This document shows positions 20,407 through 30,821 of a stretch of 64,000 bases of DNA, piece after piece. The position numbers were made by a program, and so were the translations under genes. Each line of letters opens with the position of its first letter. The stretch's first letter is position 1. This DNA comes from an uncultured Bacteroidota bacterium (GTDB lineage Bacteria; Bacteroidota; Ignavibacteria; Kryptoniales; JAKASW01), in contig CAWEBD010000157.1 of the NCBI GenBank assembly GCA_963806435.1, positions 26,809 to 90,808 of the forward strand, given 5' to 3'. The notes beneath the pieces were generated by a model that worked only from the letters and a program-made list of their open reading frames with translations, had not been told where the DNA came from and searched no databases.

Positions 20407-21096
20407 TTAGTCGACAGCCTCGGTAAAAACCATGATCGGCGCGTCTTCCAGTCTCACCTTGCCGCCGCACGGTAGCGCAAACTCGGCGTGAGAATAGACA
20501 AAGGACATTACATAATCGTCCGCACCGCTGACGCCATGGATTTTCAGGAGTTCTCTCTCGACCGCGCCCAGATATCCGCTCACCACGTGACCGGGCTCGC
20601 TGCTGCGTTGTATGGTCCAGGCCGGCTCGACAATCAGACCGAACCTGGTCTCGTCGGAGAAGTCCCAATGGACGGCTCTGATATCGTACCCGATCCTTAT
20701 GCTGTAACCGTTGCGAACCGTGAAATCGGTGTCGGGTATTATCTTGCAGCAGTTTCGGTAAATCCCGAAATAGTGGCGTCCCCTCATCGTTGCGTCATCG
20801 ACGAGGCCTTCTATTAAAAGCCCCTCCGCAAGCTGAGGCGAGTCTTTCAGAACAAGCTGTGTCTCGGAAAAGCCGTCATCAGCGAATTTCTCCATGCCGA
20901 TTCCGTACCCGAATGCCTGGCCGCCGTAGGTAAACACCGAGCTTTCCGATTTTGAAACCCACTTCTGATACTTGAGACGATCTATATCTACTATCTTGTT
21001 GACCTCTGCCGTCATGAACCGTATTGGCTCCGCTGGCAGATGAACCGGAAAAGCACGATGAAAAATACCGAGAGTGTTACTCTTGTCTTCCATCAT
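20407..21096 (-). CDS. hypothetical protein (229 aa), no recognisable family
   Basis: Clean ORF with a GGAGGG ribosome-binding site before ATGATG. Soluble-looking, no motif I can name. Confidence 0.6.
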   Translation of the reverse strand: MMEDKSNTLGIFHRAFPVHLPAEPIRFMTAEVNKIVDIDRLKYQKWVSKSESSVFTYGGQAFGYGIGMEKFADDGFSETQLVLKDSPQLAEGLLIEGLVDDATMRGRHYFGIYRNCCKIIPDTDFTVRNGYSIRIGYDIRAVHWDFSDETRFGLIVEPAWTIQRSSEPGHVVSGYLGAVERELLKIHGVSGADDYVMSFVYSHAEFALPCGGKVRLEDAPIMVFTEAVD

Positions 21097-21355
21097 AAAC
21101 CCTCCGTTTTATGTCTCTTTAAGTTAACTTTTTTCTTGAAAACTCCTAATCCACGTAATCCGATTCCTCTTTTGTAATGTCCGAATTGGCCTCTTTCGTG
21201 TTTTGTTGAGCTGGTAAGGGTGGCTCAGATCACAGGGACTCGCGGTTTACGGGTGAGGCCGCCCGCGGAGCCTGACCGGACAAGAGTTGCCACCGTTGCG
21301 GGAACGAACTCACGCCGTTCAACCGTTGAGGTGGATGAGCGTCAAAGTATATGAT

Positions 21356-21384
21356 TTGACATTTGTTCTGGTTTTGTTTAAAAT
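21356..21384 (+). promoter_or_regulatory. near-consensus sigma70 promoter (TTGACA-17 nt-TAAAAT)
   Basis: Read directly, about 24 nt upstream of the ATG at 21408, which has a GGAGGAAACG ribosome-binding site. Confidence 0.45.
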
Positions 21385-21407
21385 TTCATCAGAATGCGGA
21401 GGAAACG

Positions 21408-21884
21408 ATGAAGAAAATCGTCGGTTTGTTGGTGTTGATGCTTGTTTTCAGCTCGGTCAGCTATGCCCAGTTCAGGAACCAGCTTTCGGACGGATCCAGC
21501 GTCGAGAGTTCGCTGTTCCGTTCCGGTGATGACGGTGGTTCGCTCTTCGGATTCTTCAACCCTGCCAATTTCTCGATGCGTCAGTCCATCTCGATGAATT
21601 ACATGACGATGGGTGGCCAGGCGATGTCGCTGGCGATGTATACGAACAGCATGAGCTACAGGATCAGCCAGCCGTTGACGCTGAGCGCCGACGTCAGCGT
21701 GATGAATTCTCCGTACAGCACGCTTGGAAACAGTTTCTCGAAGAGCATAAACGGCATTTACCTGACGCGGGCGGAGCTCAACTATCGTCCGACAAAAGAT
21801 TTTTCGATAGATGTCCAGTTTAATCAGAATCCGTTGTATAGATATTACAATCCTTACTACTACTACGGTCCGATGGGATGGTAA
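21408..21884 (+). CDS. secreted or outer-membrane hypothetical protein with Tyr-rich C-terminus
   Basis: Signal peptide MKKIVGLLVLMLVFSSVSYAQ, alternating beta-like pattern, and the end ...YYNPYYYYGPMGW. Confidence 0.6.
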   Translation: MKKIVGLLVLMLVFSSVSYAQFRNQLSDGSSVESSLFRSGDDGGSLFGFFNPANFSMRQSISMNYMTMGGQAMSLAMYTNSMSYRISQPLTLSADVSVMNSPYSTLGNSFSKSINGIYLTRAELNYRPTKDFSIDVQFNQNPLYRYYNPYYYYGPMGW

Positions 21885-22000
21885 GGGCTCGCAACGTAAT
21901 TTGAAGCGGACTCCAGATCTATTAACCGTTTGTTCCGGTCCGGTGGGGCGGACAGGCCTCCGATTTTCAACTCTCTCAATTTTCGCTTTGCCCGCAGTTA

Positions 22001-22489
22001 ATGAAGAGGCGTAGGGGCAACACGAATCTGTCGGCGGGTGCCTCGAGATTAGTGTCGGTATCTGTGCTGGTAGTCGTACTGTTGCTCGCAGGGACACTCA
22101 TCTACTCGATGGTGGATCGTCTGGTTCTGCACCCCACTGCGCAGGCGGAGCGTGCCGACGCGAACTCTCCTACGAAGATCGAAAGGGTCATTCAGATAAG
22201 CGTGCGTAACGAGTGCGGCACCCGAGACGTGGCGATGGATTTCACGAACTTCCTGAGGCGGAGGGGATTCGATGTCGTTGAAACGGCGAACGGCTCCGTG
22301 TTCGACAGGGAGTTCACAACGGTTGTGAACGCATCCGGAGACTACGAGAACGCCCTGCGTGTCGCGGAAGCGCTCGGAGTCAAGAAGGAAAACGTTATCA
22401 CGAAACTCGATCCGCAGAGCTATGTCGATGTGGAAGTGCTCATCGGAAAGGATTACGAAAATCTTAAACCAAGAACGGGCATAGAATAA
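22001..22489 (+). CDS. LytR_C domain membrane-anchored protein
   Basis: N-terminal TM helix followed by IQISVRNECGTRDVAMDFTNFLRRRGFDV...VEVLIGKDY. Confidence 0.7.
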   Translation: MKRRRGNTNLSAGASRLVSVSVLVVVLLLAGTLIYSMVDRLVLHPTAQAERADANSPTKIERVIQISVRNECGTRDVAMDFTNFLRRRGFDVVETANGSVFDREFTTVVNASGDYENALRVAEALGVKKENVITKLDPQSYVDVEVLIGKDYENLKPRTGIE

Positions 22490-22490
22490 T

Positions 22491-22901
22491 ATGACAAAAG
22501 CAAAGACCCTCCAGCGTCAAATAGCCGAACTGGCATTGTCGAAGAAGGCGAAGAACGTGGTCATAATGGACCTGCGCAAGGTGACGACGATGGCCGATTA
22601 CTTCGTCGTGTGCAGCGGGGATTCCGAGACGCAGGTCAAAGCCATCGCCGACGAGATTATAGCAGGTATGTCGAAGCTTGGCGAAAGACCCTGGCATACG
22701 GAGGGATTTCAGAATCTTCAGTGGGCTTTGCTCGATTACGTGGATGTAGTAGTTCACGTTTTCCACAAGGACGCGAGGACCTTCTACGGGCTCGAGAAAC
22801 TGTGGGGCGACGCGAAGATGCAGAAGATTGCCGATACAAAGGATGCATTAGACAGGAAACCGCGCGCCGTGAAAACCACGAGGAAACAGACAGAGAAATG
22901 A
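22491..22901 (+). CDS. rsfS: ribosome silencing factor RsfS
   Basis: ADYFVVCSGDSETQVKAIADEI...LLDYVDVVVHVF. Confidence 0.9.
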   Translation: MTKAKTLQRQIAELALSKKAKNVVIMDLRKVTTMADYFVVCSGDSETQVKAIADEIIAGMSKLGERPWHTEGFQNLQWALLDYVDVVVHVFHKDARTFYGLEKLWGDAKMQKIADTKDALDRKPRAVKTTRKQTEK

Positions 22902-24568
22902 AAGACTATCTTAAGGCGCAATTATTATCCGCGTTGGAGAAGGCCGGATTTTCCGGGGGAACCACCGGAAAAATCCCGGTCGAAATTTCATTTGATAAAC
23001 CCAAAATCGAATCCCACGGCGACCTGTCGACAAATTTCGCACTCCTCGCCGCAAAAGAACTTAAAATGAAACCGCGCGACGTCGCGCAGAAGATCGTTGA
23101 GGCGCTTGACGTCGATCGCAACCTAGTCGAAAAGACCGATGTTGCCGGCCCCGGCTTCATTAATTTCAAATTCACGGACAATTATTTCCTTTCGATCGTC
23201 GACAAGGTACTCGACGCTGGAGCCAATTTTGGCAGATCGAACACAGGAGCGGGGAAGAAGACGCAAGTAGAGTTTGTCAGCGCGAACCCAACCGGCCCGC
23301 TTACCGTCGGGCACGGAAGGAACGCGGTCTTTGGCGACACCGTCGCAAATGTTCTCCAGTGGACCGGGCACGATGTGACGCGCGAATATTATTTCAATAA
23401 TGCCGGCCGGCAGATGCGGGTGCTGGGCGACTCCGTGAGGCTGAGGTACAAAGAAATCCTCGGTGAGAAGATCGATTTTCCTGAGGACCACTACCAGGGA
23501 GAGTATATACGCGAAATCGCGCAACACCTATTCGCCGAACGGGGGACGGATCTCGCCGACGAACCTGCGGAAGGAGCTTTTAAGGAGAGGGCGGAACGGG
23601 AAATTTTCGAAGATATCAAGAAAAGTCTCGGGAGGCTCGGGATTGCGTTCGACGTTTTCTTCAACGAGAATTCGCTGTACGAAACGGGGAAGATCAAGGA
23701 AGTGATCGCTGCTCTCGATTCAACCGGGCTCACCTATGAGAAGGACGGAGCGAAGTGGTTCAAGGCGACGGCGGTCGGCGGGGAACAGGACAAGGTAATC
23801 GTTAAGAGCACCGGCGAGCCGACATACCGCCTCCCCGACATCGCCTACCACATAGAGAAATTCCGCCGCGGCTTCGAGATGGTCATCGACATCTTCGGCT
23901 CGGACCACATCGCGACTTATCCGGACGTCTTATTGGCGCTGAAGTCGCTCGGCTACGATGCCGGCAAAATCACGGTGCTGATTCATCAATTCGTGACCAT
24001 ATTCCAGAACGGCGAAGTTGTGAAGATGTCGACGAGGAAAGCGAACTTCATAACGCTCGACGAGCTTATCGAGTGGGTGGGAGCGGACGCGGTCAGGTTC
24101 TTTTTCCTGATGAGGAACATAGGCACGCATCTGAATTTCGACATTGACCTCGCGAAGAAGCAGAGCGAAGAAAATCCCGTATTCTACCTCCAGTACGCTC
24201 ACGCCCGTATCGCCAGCATTATCAGGTTCGCCGAAGAAGAGGGAGTCCCAGTAAAGGAAATCCTTTCCGGCGGAAAGAGGAATTTTGACATCTCGCTTCT
24301 CAAGGAGAAGGAAGAGATCGAGCTTTCCAAGACGCTCGGAAATTTCCCGGAGGTCGTCGAGGCGGCGGCGCTCACTTTCGAGCCGCACAGGATTATCAGC
24401 TACCTCCAGGAAGTCGCGGAGGCTTTTCACCGGTTCTACCATCTCCACCGGGTCATAATCCCCGACCGGCGGTTGGCGGCGTCGAGGCTTGCACTGTGTC
24501 TTGCCACAAAAACTGTTTTGGCCAACGGATTCAAGATATTGGGAATTTCGGCGCCAGAGAAGATGTAG
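22898..24568 (+). CDS. argS: arginine--tRNA ligase
   Basis: SANPTGPLTVGHGRN (HIGH-like) and VKMSTRK (KMSK-like). True start is the ATG at 22898, which overlaps the rsfS stop as ATGA. Confidence 0.95.
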   Translation: MKDYLKAQLLSALEKAGFSGGTTGKIPVEISFDKPKIESHGDLSTNFALLAAKELKMKPRDVAQKIVEALDVDRNLVEKTDVAGPGFINFKFTDNYFLSIVDKVLDAGANFGRSNTGAGKKTQVEFVSANPTGPLTVGHGRNAVFGDTVANVLQWTGHDVTREYYFNNAGRQMRVLGDSVRLRYKEILGEKIDFPEDHYQGEYIREIAQHLFAERGTDLADEPAEGAFKERAEREIFEDIKKSLGRLGIAFDVFFNENSLYETGKIKEVIAALDSTGLTYEKDGAKWFKATAVGGEQDKVIVKSTGEPTYRLPDIAYHIEKFRRGFEMVIDIFGSDHIATYPDVLLALKSLGYDAGKITVLIHQFVTIFQNGEVVKMSTRKANFITLDELIEWVGADAVRFFFLMRNIGTHLNFDIDLAKKQSEENPVFYLQYAHARIASIIRFAEEEGVPVKEILSGGKRNFDISLLKEKEEIELSKTLGNFPEVVEAAALTFEPHRIISYLQEVAEAFHRFYHLHRVIIPDRRLAASRLALCLATKTVLANGFKILGISAPEKM

Positions 24569-24796
24569 GCTGGGAATTTAGACGGGCGAAGATGCCTCTG
24601 CCCGTCCGGTGACCACGATTCGTCGAAGGAACAAGCCTCCCCAAGCCGCGTTTTGGGCAATGAAACCAGCTTGATGACTCGAAACAGCCCGGTCATCACC
24701 GGGCCCCGAAAATATCCCTTTCACCGCAGGGATTTTTTGCCTAAATTTTTATCCAGTTTAGTTCAAATGCCAAGAATGTCGTAAAAGGGAAATCGC

Positions 24797-25489
24797 ATGC
24801 TCAAACCGAGAAAAAGAATTACGAAGAAAGAACTCAAGCAGGACACGCTCGTCACGACATATTTCAAAGTCGTCGACTTTCTGCGGAACAACAGGAAACT
24901 TGTGAGCGGAACAGTTACCGGGCTGATCATTGCGGCTATAGTCGTCGTCGCGTACATGAACAACAGGCGTTCCGACAACACCAAGGCCGCGACCGAACTT
25001 TCTCAGGTTCTCGACGCGTTCAGCGGAGGGGCATACCAGGTCGCGATCAACGGGGACCCCACCCACAACGTCACCGGGCTGAAAGCCATCGTGCAGAATT
25101 ACGGCGGTTCCGAGACGGGTGAGCAGGCGAAAATATATCTCGCCGATTGTTACTACTATCTCGGCGATTACGACAATGCCATGAAGTATTTCAAGGACTA
25201 TGACGGGAGCGACGAGTTCCTGCAGGCGAGCGCCTACGCGGGGATGGCTGAGGTGTACGAAGTGAGGGGAGACTACGCGAATGCCGCGGAGTATTTCGAA
25301 CGCGCCGCTTCCAGCGACTCGAAAAATTTTCTTGCTGCGCAGTATCTCGTCGGCGCGGCCAGGAACTATATCAAGACCGGCAAAAAGGACAGGGCGATCA
25401 CACTGCTGACAAGGGTGGAGAAGGATTTTCCAAACTCACAGTACGCCGACAACGTGAACTATCTTATGGCACAAGCGAAAGTCGAGTAA
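24797..25489 (+). CDS. membrane-anchored tetratricopeptide repeat protein (YfgM-like architecture)
   Basis: N-terminal TM helix followed by TPR-like repeats (LADCYYYLGDYDNAMKYF, AEVYEVRGDYANAAEYF). Confidence 0.7.
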   Translation: MLKPRKRITKKELKQDTLVTTYFKVVDFLRNNRKLVSGTVTGLIIAAIVVVAYMNNRRSDNTKAATELSQVLDAFSGGAYQVAINGDPTHNVTGLKAIVQNYGGSETGEQAKIYLADCYYYLGDYDNAMKYFKDYDGSDEFLQASAYAGMAEVYEVRGDYANAAEYFERAASSDSKNFLAAQYLVGAARNYIKTGKKDRAITLLTRVEKDFPNSQYADNVNYLMAQAKVE

Positions 25490-25509
25490 ACGTGGAAGTC
25501 CGGAACTGG

Positions 25510-25532
25510 CTCGTCCGGATCATCCGAACGAG
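25510..25532. terminator. hairpin between convergent genes
   Basis: CTCGTCCGGA-tca-TCCGAACGAG, 9 of 10 positions paired. Confidence 0.35.
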
Positions 25533-25554
25533 TCTTCTGTCCTTCCGTTTCACA

Positions 25555-26124
25555 TCAGGATTTGTTACCGGGGCAATCCCCTCTTTTTCCGGTATTCTCT
25601 TCAGACAGGATACATTCTATGTCGCTTAGAATCCTGTCCTGGACCATCTCGATTGCTTCTCTCACCTCCGCCGTCATCGTAGTCGAGAAAGAGAATTGCT
25701 TCCCCACTATTCCGTAGATCAAGATTCTTCCCGGGAGTGAGCCGAGAGTCCGAGCCAGCTCAATAGCTGCCGCGGAATCTATCGCATGCGTTGAAAAAGA
25801 CAGAAACTCCTTCGGTACCGGTTCCTCGCTTGCGTCAACCCTGAAAATAGTCCCGGCAGGTGCCGACGATTGGACCGCATCGACCATAATAACTGCGTCT
25901 GTGGAGCGCATTAACTCAAGGAGATAAGTCTGGTCGCCTGTGAGTTCAAAAGTTCTGGCACCCGCCGGTACACGTTCTTTCAACTGCCTCATGACCATCA
26001 AGCCGACGGCATCATCGCCCCGGAACTCGTTCCCAATCCCCACCACAGTGACCACCGCTCTCTCTGCCGCCGGATCGGCGGCAGGGGCTGGATCGGGTGA
26101 CAACACTCGGCTCGTTTTGGCCAT
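25555..26124 (-). CDS. hydrogenase maturation endopeptidase
   Basis: VVGIGNEFRGDDAVG motif. Last gene of the hydrogenase operon. Confidence 0.85.
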   Translation of the reverse strand: MAKTSRVLSPDPAPAADPAAERAVVTVVGIGNEFRGDDAVGLMVMRQLKERVPAGARTFELTGDQTYLLELMRSTDAVIMVDAVQSSAPAGTIFRVDASEEPVPKEFLSFSTHAIDSAAAIELARTLGSLPGRILIYGIVGKQFSFSTTMTAEVREAIEMVQDRILSDIECILSEENTGKRGDCPGNKS

Positions 26125-26126
26125 AT

Positions 26127-27464
26127 CTACATCACAGGTTCTTCGGAGATATCAAGTTTCAGGAAATGCGTGGCGCAGGAAATACAGGGGTCGTAGTTCC
26201 TGACAAGCTGCTCGCACCGGAGCGTGAGATCCTGCTTCGACATCTGGATATTCGACGTGACAAAATTCCTCAGGTCGGTCTCGATCATTCTCTGGTTCTG
26301 AGATGTCGGTGGGACGATCTTGGCGTCCTTGATGAGGCCGTCCTCGCCGATGAGGTAACGATGGTACAGGATTCCCCTCGGCGCCTCCGTGCATCCGAAT
26401 CCGAAGCCTGGTCTAACCTCGTACTTGACGGCGGCTTCCTCCGGCGGTTCGTAGTTCTCGATGATCCTTATCGCCTCATCGCAGGCGTACAGGGTCTCTA
26501 TCGCGCGCACGGTTATGCTCCTGAAGGGGTTGAGAATGGGCGGTTTCGTGTTCGCCTCTTCCGCCGCTTTTCTTGCGAGAGGAGAAAGCTTATCGAAGTT
26601 CAGGTTGAATCTCGCCAAAGGACCGGTGAGATAAGCACCCCTCCCATCGGTGGCTGCGGTTTGCTGGTCGGCGGGACGGGGGCTCTTGATCGTTGACTGA
26701 AGTGCGTTGGAATAGGGGACATGCCGTTCGTGGAACACGAGCTCGTATTCACGCACGTCGATATTCAATCCCTTGTTGGAGACGATCCTTCCCTCGTTGA
26801 ACGGATATTCGCTCGGATGGCTCAGCGCGACAAACTCGTAGTCATATTCAAAATCAGGAAATGGGAGTGTGGCAGTCCAGAGGACGGTTTCGTAGGATTC
26901 GTCCCTGGCGCGTTTCAGTTTCTCGAGGATCTCGTCGAAATCTCTCCTGCGGGGGAGTTTGTAAAATCCACCCACCTTCACATTGATCGGATGTATTTCT
27001 CTGCCGGCGAGGACCGTAACGAGGTCGTTACCGGTCTTCTTCATACGCAGGCCGCGCTGCACGGCGTCGGGATGATCGCCGGCAAGTTGAATCGCGTCGT
27101 CGTATCCCAGGAAATCAGGCGCGTGGAGCATGTAGACGTGAAGGGCATGGCTCTCGATCCACTCTCCACAGTATAGGAGGCGCCTGAGTTCCCGCAGCTG
27201 CCCTTCGACTTTCGCGTGGAAAACATATTCCATCGCGTGTACTGAACTCATCTGGTACGCAACGGGGCAGATTCCGCAGATGCGGGCTGTTATGTCCGGA
27301 GCCTCGGAATATTTCCTGCCGCGCAAGAAAGCCTCGAAGAACCTGGGGGGCTCGAATATCTTGAACTTCACATCGCTGACTTGCCCGTCTCTGGTCTTGA
27401 CGAGCAACGAACCTTCTCCCTCGACACGCGCGAGGTAATCGACTTTTATGGCTCTGCTATTCAT
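26127..27464 (-). CDS. [NiFe] hydrogenase large (alpha) subunit, group 3b-like
   Basis: N-terminal [10 protein letters not shown] and C-terminal DPCISCATH nickel-binding motifs. Start at [18 protein letters not shown]. Confidence 0.9.
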   Translation of the reverse strand: MNSRAIKVDYLARVEGEGSLLVKTRDGQVSDVKFKIFEPPRFFEAFLRGRKYSEAPDITARICGICPVAYQMSSVHAMEYVFHAKVEGQLRELRRLLYCGEWIESHALHVYMLHAPDFLGYDDAIQLAGDHPDAVQRGLRMKKTGNDLVTVLAGREIHPINVKVGGFYKLPRRRDFDEILEKLKRARDESYETVLWTATLPFPDFEYDYEFVALSHPSEYPFNEGRIVSNKGLNIDVREYELVFHERHVPYSNALQSTIKSPRPADQQTAATDGRGAYLTGPLARFNLNFDKLSPLARKAAEEANTKPPILNPFRSITVRAIETLYACDEAIRIIENYEPPEEAAVKYEVRPGFGFGCTEAPRGILYHRYLIGEDGLIKDAKIVPPTSQNQRMIETDLRNFVTSNIQMSKQDLTLRCEQLVRNYDPCISCATHFLKLDISEEPVM

Positions 27465-28242
27465 GTGCTTCACTCTCTTTTCTGAACGCGTCCGCATACG
27501 CGTTGAATGTCCTGAAAGCGAGAGTGATATCGAGTTTTGTCTCACCCAGTTCCTTGAATTGAGCGGCGAGCGCGGGGGTATTTGGGAATTCCATCGGCCC
27601 GAAGCAGCCGTAGCAGCCGCGGTTGAAAGCAGGGCAGATCGCGCCGCATCCCGATTGAGTGACCGGACCCAGGCAGGGCACTCCGCGCGCCACCATGACG
27701 CAGGTGTTTCCCTTCAGTTTGCATTCGACACAGACACTGTGTGTAAAAACGTTTGGCTTTCTCTTGTTGAGGAATGCGTTAATGACTTCAATCAGCTGAT
27801 ACTTGTTGATCGGGCAGCCCCTCAGTTCATAGTCGACATGTACGAAGGACCCAACCGGAAGTGACCTGTCGAGGGTTGATATATATTCGGGCGAAGCATA
27901 GACGATGTGGACGAAATTTTTTATATCTTTCCAGTTCCGGAGAGCCTGGATTCCGCCGGCGGTGGCGCAGGCGCCGATCGTTATGAGGGCGGCACACGAT
28001 TTACGGATCTCCCTGATGTGCTCGACGTCGTGCGGAGTTGTGATGCTTCCCTCTACTATGCCGATATCGTAAGGTCCTTTTAGCATCCGGCGGCTTGCCT
28101 CGGGGAAGAAGGCGATGTCTATGGCGTTCGCGACATCCAGGAGCTCTTCTTCAGCGTCCAGCAGGGACAGCTGGCACCCGTCGCACGAAGCGAATTTGAA
28201 GACTGCGACCTTCGGCTTGCCGGGTTTCCTGCGTTCTGGCAT
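27457..28242 (-). CDS. [NiFe] hydrogenase small (delta) subunit
   Basis: [12 protein letters not shown] and [10 protein letters not shown], of the NuoB-like small-subunit type. Confidence 0.85.
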   Translation of the reverse strand: MPERRKPGKPKVAVFKFASCDGCQLSLLDAEEELLDVANAIDIAFFPEASRRMLKGPYDIGIVEGSITTPHDVEHIREIRKSCAALITIGACATAGGIQALRNWKDIKNFVHIVYASPEYISTLDRSLPVGSFVHVDYELRGCPINKYQLIEVINAFLNKRKPNVFTHSVCVECKLKGNTCVMVARGVPCLGPVTQSGCGAICPAFNRGCYGCFGPMEFPNTPALAAQFKELGETKLDITLAFRTFNAYADAFRKESEAHE

Positions 28243-28243
28243 T

Positions 28244-29110
28244 CTATATTTCCTTTTTCTCGATCAGGTGATTGATTTGCGGCAGCTTGAATACGGGGCC
28301 GTCCTTACAGATGAACTTCGGTCCGAACTGGCAGTGGCCGCAGAGCCCGATGCCGCATTTCATATTTCTTTCCATTGATATGAAGATCTGTTCCTGTGAA
28401 AGCCCGCGCCGCTGAAGTTCCTCGTAAGTATATTTCATCATCACTTCCGGACCGCAGACCATGGCTATCGTCGACGGGGAATCCATCTTGATGTACGAAA
28501 ACAATCCCGTAACCACGCCTATATGGCCCTTCCAGCTCGAGTCCCCCCTGTCGACGGTCGTGATGACCTCGACGTTTGGAATTTTGCTCCATTGCTCGAG
28601 CTCGACCCGGTAGAGCAGGTCGAGCGGACTTCTCGCGCCGTAGAGGATTATGATTCTGCCAAACTCCTCTCTCCTCTTGATCATCGAGTAGATAACCGGT
28701 CTCAGAGGGGCCAGGCCGATTCCTCCGGCCGCAATGCACACGTCTTTGCCGACAGCCTCCTCGACGGGCCAGGCGGTTCCGAACGGGCCGCGGAGACCTA
28801 TCGTGTCGCCGCGTTTGAGTCTGGAAAGCGCGGATGTCACGGTACCGACACGGTGGATTGTGTGGGCAAGGATGTTCGACTTCGCGGGATCTGAACTGAT
28901 GGAAATCGCCGATTCGCCGGCGCCGAACGCGTAGACCATATTGAACTGTCCCGGCTTGAAAGAAAACGGCCGGCCGTTCATCTGCGGCGGGTCGATGAGG
29001 AGTGTGTAGGTGTCGTCCGTTTCCCATATCACGCGGCGGATCGTTGCCAGCGACGGGACCATCGCGCCAGCTGTTTCTATTTTGCCTTCCTGTACGGGTG
29101 TTTCGATCAT
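28244..29110 (-). CDS. hydrogenase gamma subunit, FAD/NAD(P)-binding with 2Fe-2S (PyrK-like)
   Basis: [15 protein letters not shown] and a C-terminal [10 protein letters not shown]. Confidence 0.85.
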   Translation of the reverse strand: MIETPVQEGKIETAGAMVPSLATIRRVIWETDDTYTLLIDPPQMNGRPFSFKPGQFNMVYAFGAGESAISISSDPAKSNILAHTIHRVGTVTSALSRLKRGDTIGLRGPFGTAWPVEEAVGKDVCIAAGGIGLAPLRPVIYSMIKRREEFGRIIILYGARSPLDLLYRVELEQWSKIPNVEVITTVDRGDSSWKGHIGVVTGLFSYIKMDSPSTIAMVCGPEVMMKYTYEELQRRGLSQEQIFISMERNMKCGIGLCGHCQFGPKFICKDGPVFKLPQINHLIEKKEI

Positions 29111-29147
29111 TTAAAAAGACTCCAGTATGTTGAGAGCGACGCGGCTT

Positions 29148-29636
29148 CTAATAGTTTTCGCCCCTGTCGTTGACGGCTGAACCGTAGACGTCGAGAAGTT
29201 GCAGGCGTGTTGCCTCCAGGCGCCGTTCGAGGACTTCAGAGAACCTGCGCAGCATTTCGTAACCGAAGTGGCAGTCGGTCTCGCACTTGTTGACCAGGCA
29301 TGTTGCGTCTATGGCGAAGGCGTGGACCTGTTCAAGCGCGTAGGCATCGAAGTGCCAGCGGTACGGAGATATCAGCCACGACCATCCGAGAACTTCGCCG
29401 GCTCCCACGGTCTGCACCCGGATCTGGCCGCGTTCTCCCCCTCCGATCTCAAGTGCCACGCGGCCGCTGCGCAGAAGATAGAAGGTCTTCGCATCCTGAC
29501 CTTCCCGAAAGAGATAGGTCCCTTCGTTGAAGACTACGTTGGACGCGCAAGAAGTGAGTGTCTTTAGCAACTCCTCGTTCATGTTGTTGAGGAACGGGTG
29601 TTTGTGGAGAGATTCTGTTAAATCCTGAGGTTTCAT
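29148..29636 (-). CDS. stand-alone cyclic nucleotide-binding domain protein (no HTH)
   Basis: [22 protein letters not shown]...[11 protein letters not shown]. Only 162 aa, so there is no room for a DNA-binding domain. Confidence 0.8.
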   Translation of the reverse strand: MKPQDLTESLHKHPFLNNMNEELLKTLTSCASNVVFNEGTYLFREGQDAKTFYLLRSGRVALEIGGGERGQIRVQTVGAGEVLGWSWLISPYRWHFDAYALEQVHAFAIDATCLVNKCETDCHFGYEMLRRFSEVLERRLEATRLQLLDVYGSAVNDRGENY

Positions 29637-29638
29637 CG

Positions 29639-30775
29639 CTACCCTCCCTTTTCTTGTTTGACTTTGGTACTCCTGATTGCTTTGACCTCCGCGGTGAGGT
29701 CAATTCCGACGGGACACCAGGTAATACATCTACCGCAGCCGACGCAGCCCGAGACACCGAACTGTTCAACCCACGACGACAGTTTATGAGTCAGCCACTG
29801 GCGATAACGTGATTTCGGCGAGATGCGGAAGTTGCCACCGGAGACTTTGGCGAAGTCCATTGTAAAACACGAGTCCCACCTTCTCGTCCGTTCGGCTGTT
29901 TGGCCGGAGAGATCGGTTACATCTTCCACCGTCGAACAGAAGCAAGTCGGGCAAACCATCGTGCAGTTTCCGCAGGTGAGGCAACGCTTCGCCACATCGT
30001 CCCAGTGGGGATGTTCCAGGTTATCGGCAAGCAATTTCGGGAGGCCGCGCGTGTCCATCGATGTCGTTATCTGTGCCGCGGTCTCGCGAACAACGTTATC
30101 GGCTTCGGCTATCTCAGTCTCGGTTGCCACGCCTGCGCCGCTCTGCTGCAATACAGAAAGTCCGTCCTCAGTGCCTGCTCTTCCGACGAAATAGTGTTTG
30201 CCATCCCTGATGACTTCCGTCAGGGCAATATCGAAACCGTCTTTCGCTACGGGGCCGGTTTTCATGGAGGTGCAGAAACAATTTTCTCCCGCGCGCGCGC
30301 AATTGACCGTGACAATGAAGACACCCTTCCTCGCCGAAAGGTAACTATCGTCCCTGTAGTAGCCCGACGAAAAGACCTTGTCTTGTATTGCTATGGCACT
30401 GAGCTCGCACGGCCGGACACCGATGAAAGCAAATTTGTGAGCGCCGTCGTTCTCTGCGGTAACTTCGAGCGACTTACCGCTCTTTTTGATCGAGCAGAGT
30501 TTCTTGAAGGGAGGATAGAGGAATCGTTTCCACGATTGAGCAGGGAGCGTGCAACCAAAGTAAGCGCCATCGTCACTCTTCGTGATCCGATATCTTCCGG
30601 GTCCCTGCTCATCTGTCCATCCGATAGGGAAATCGCCGGCGGATGCGATTCTATCATACACGATCGCCTCGTCAGCCACTTTCGGGCCGATCGTTTCGTA
30701 GTCTCTTTTCTGAAGCGACACGATGAGTTGTTGCAGGTTACCGGGATCTATTCTGAACGTGTTGTCCATTCTCAA
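29639..30775 (-). CDS. hydrogenase beta subunit, 4Fe-4S dicluster protein (AsrA/HydB-like)
   Basis: [14 protein letters not shown] and [14 protein letters not shown]. Confidence 0.85.
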   Translation of the reverse strand: MRMDNTFRIDPGNLQQLIVSLQKRDYETIGPKVADEAIVYDRIASAGDFPIGWTDEQGPGRYRITKSDDGAYFGCTLPAQSWKRFLYPPFKKLCSIKKSGKSLEVTAENDGAHKFAFIGVRPCELSAIAIQDKVFSSGYYRDDSYLSARKGVFIVTVNCARAGENCFCTSMKTGPVAKDGFDIALTEVIRDGKHYFVGRAGTEDGLSVLQQSGAGVATETEIAEADNVVRETAAQITTSMDTRGLPKLLADNLEHPHWDDVAKRCLTCGNCTMVCPTCFCSTVEDVTDLSGQTAERTRRWDSCFTMDFAKVSGGNFRISPKSRYRQWLTHKLSSWVEQFGVSGCVGCGRCITWCPVGIDLTAEVKAIRSTKVKQEKGG

Positions 30776-30805
30776 ATCGCTCTTGTTTGACTCATAGAAA
30801 ATAGT

Positions 30806-30821
30806 TCAACACATGTGCCAC
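30806..30821 (-). promoter_or_regulatory. sigma54-like -24/-12 element (TGGCAC-N5-TTGA)
   Basis: Minus strand reads TGGCACATGTGTTGAA, about 30 nt upstream of the beta-subunit ATG. The -12 element is TTGA rather than TTGC. Confidence 0.25.

Noticed and set aside
21271-21302. SRP (4.5S) RNA: the minus strand reads CCCGCAACGGTGGCAACTCTTGTCCGGTCAGG, similar to the E. coli ffs 5' half
   Set aside because: The sequence that should follow (UCC-GGAA-GGAAGCAGCC, the domain IV loops and GNRA tetraloop) is not present, so the similarity is probably fortuitous.
22610-22897. N-terminal 96-codon extension of the argS ORF
   Set aside because: It overlaps rsfS in another frame and is Arg-rich. The ATG at 22898 overlaps the rsfS stop (ATGA) and gives a normal ArgS N-terminus.
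28305-30790. Long alternative-frame and antisense ORFs inside the hydrogenase operon (28305-29027 minus, 29900-30790 plus)
   Set aside because: They overlap the gamma and beta subunit genes, which carry clear cofactor motifs. Their translations are Arg/Gly/His-rich.
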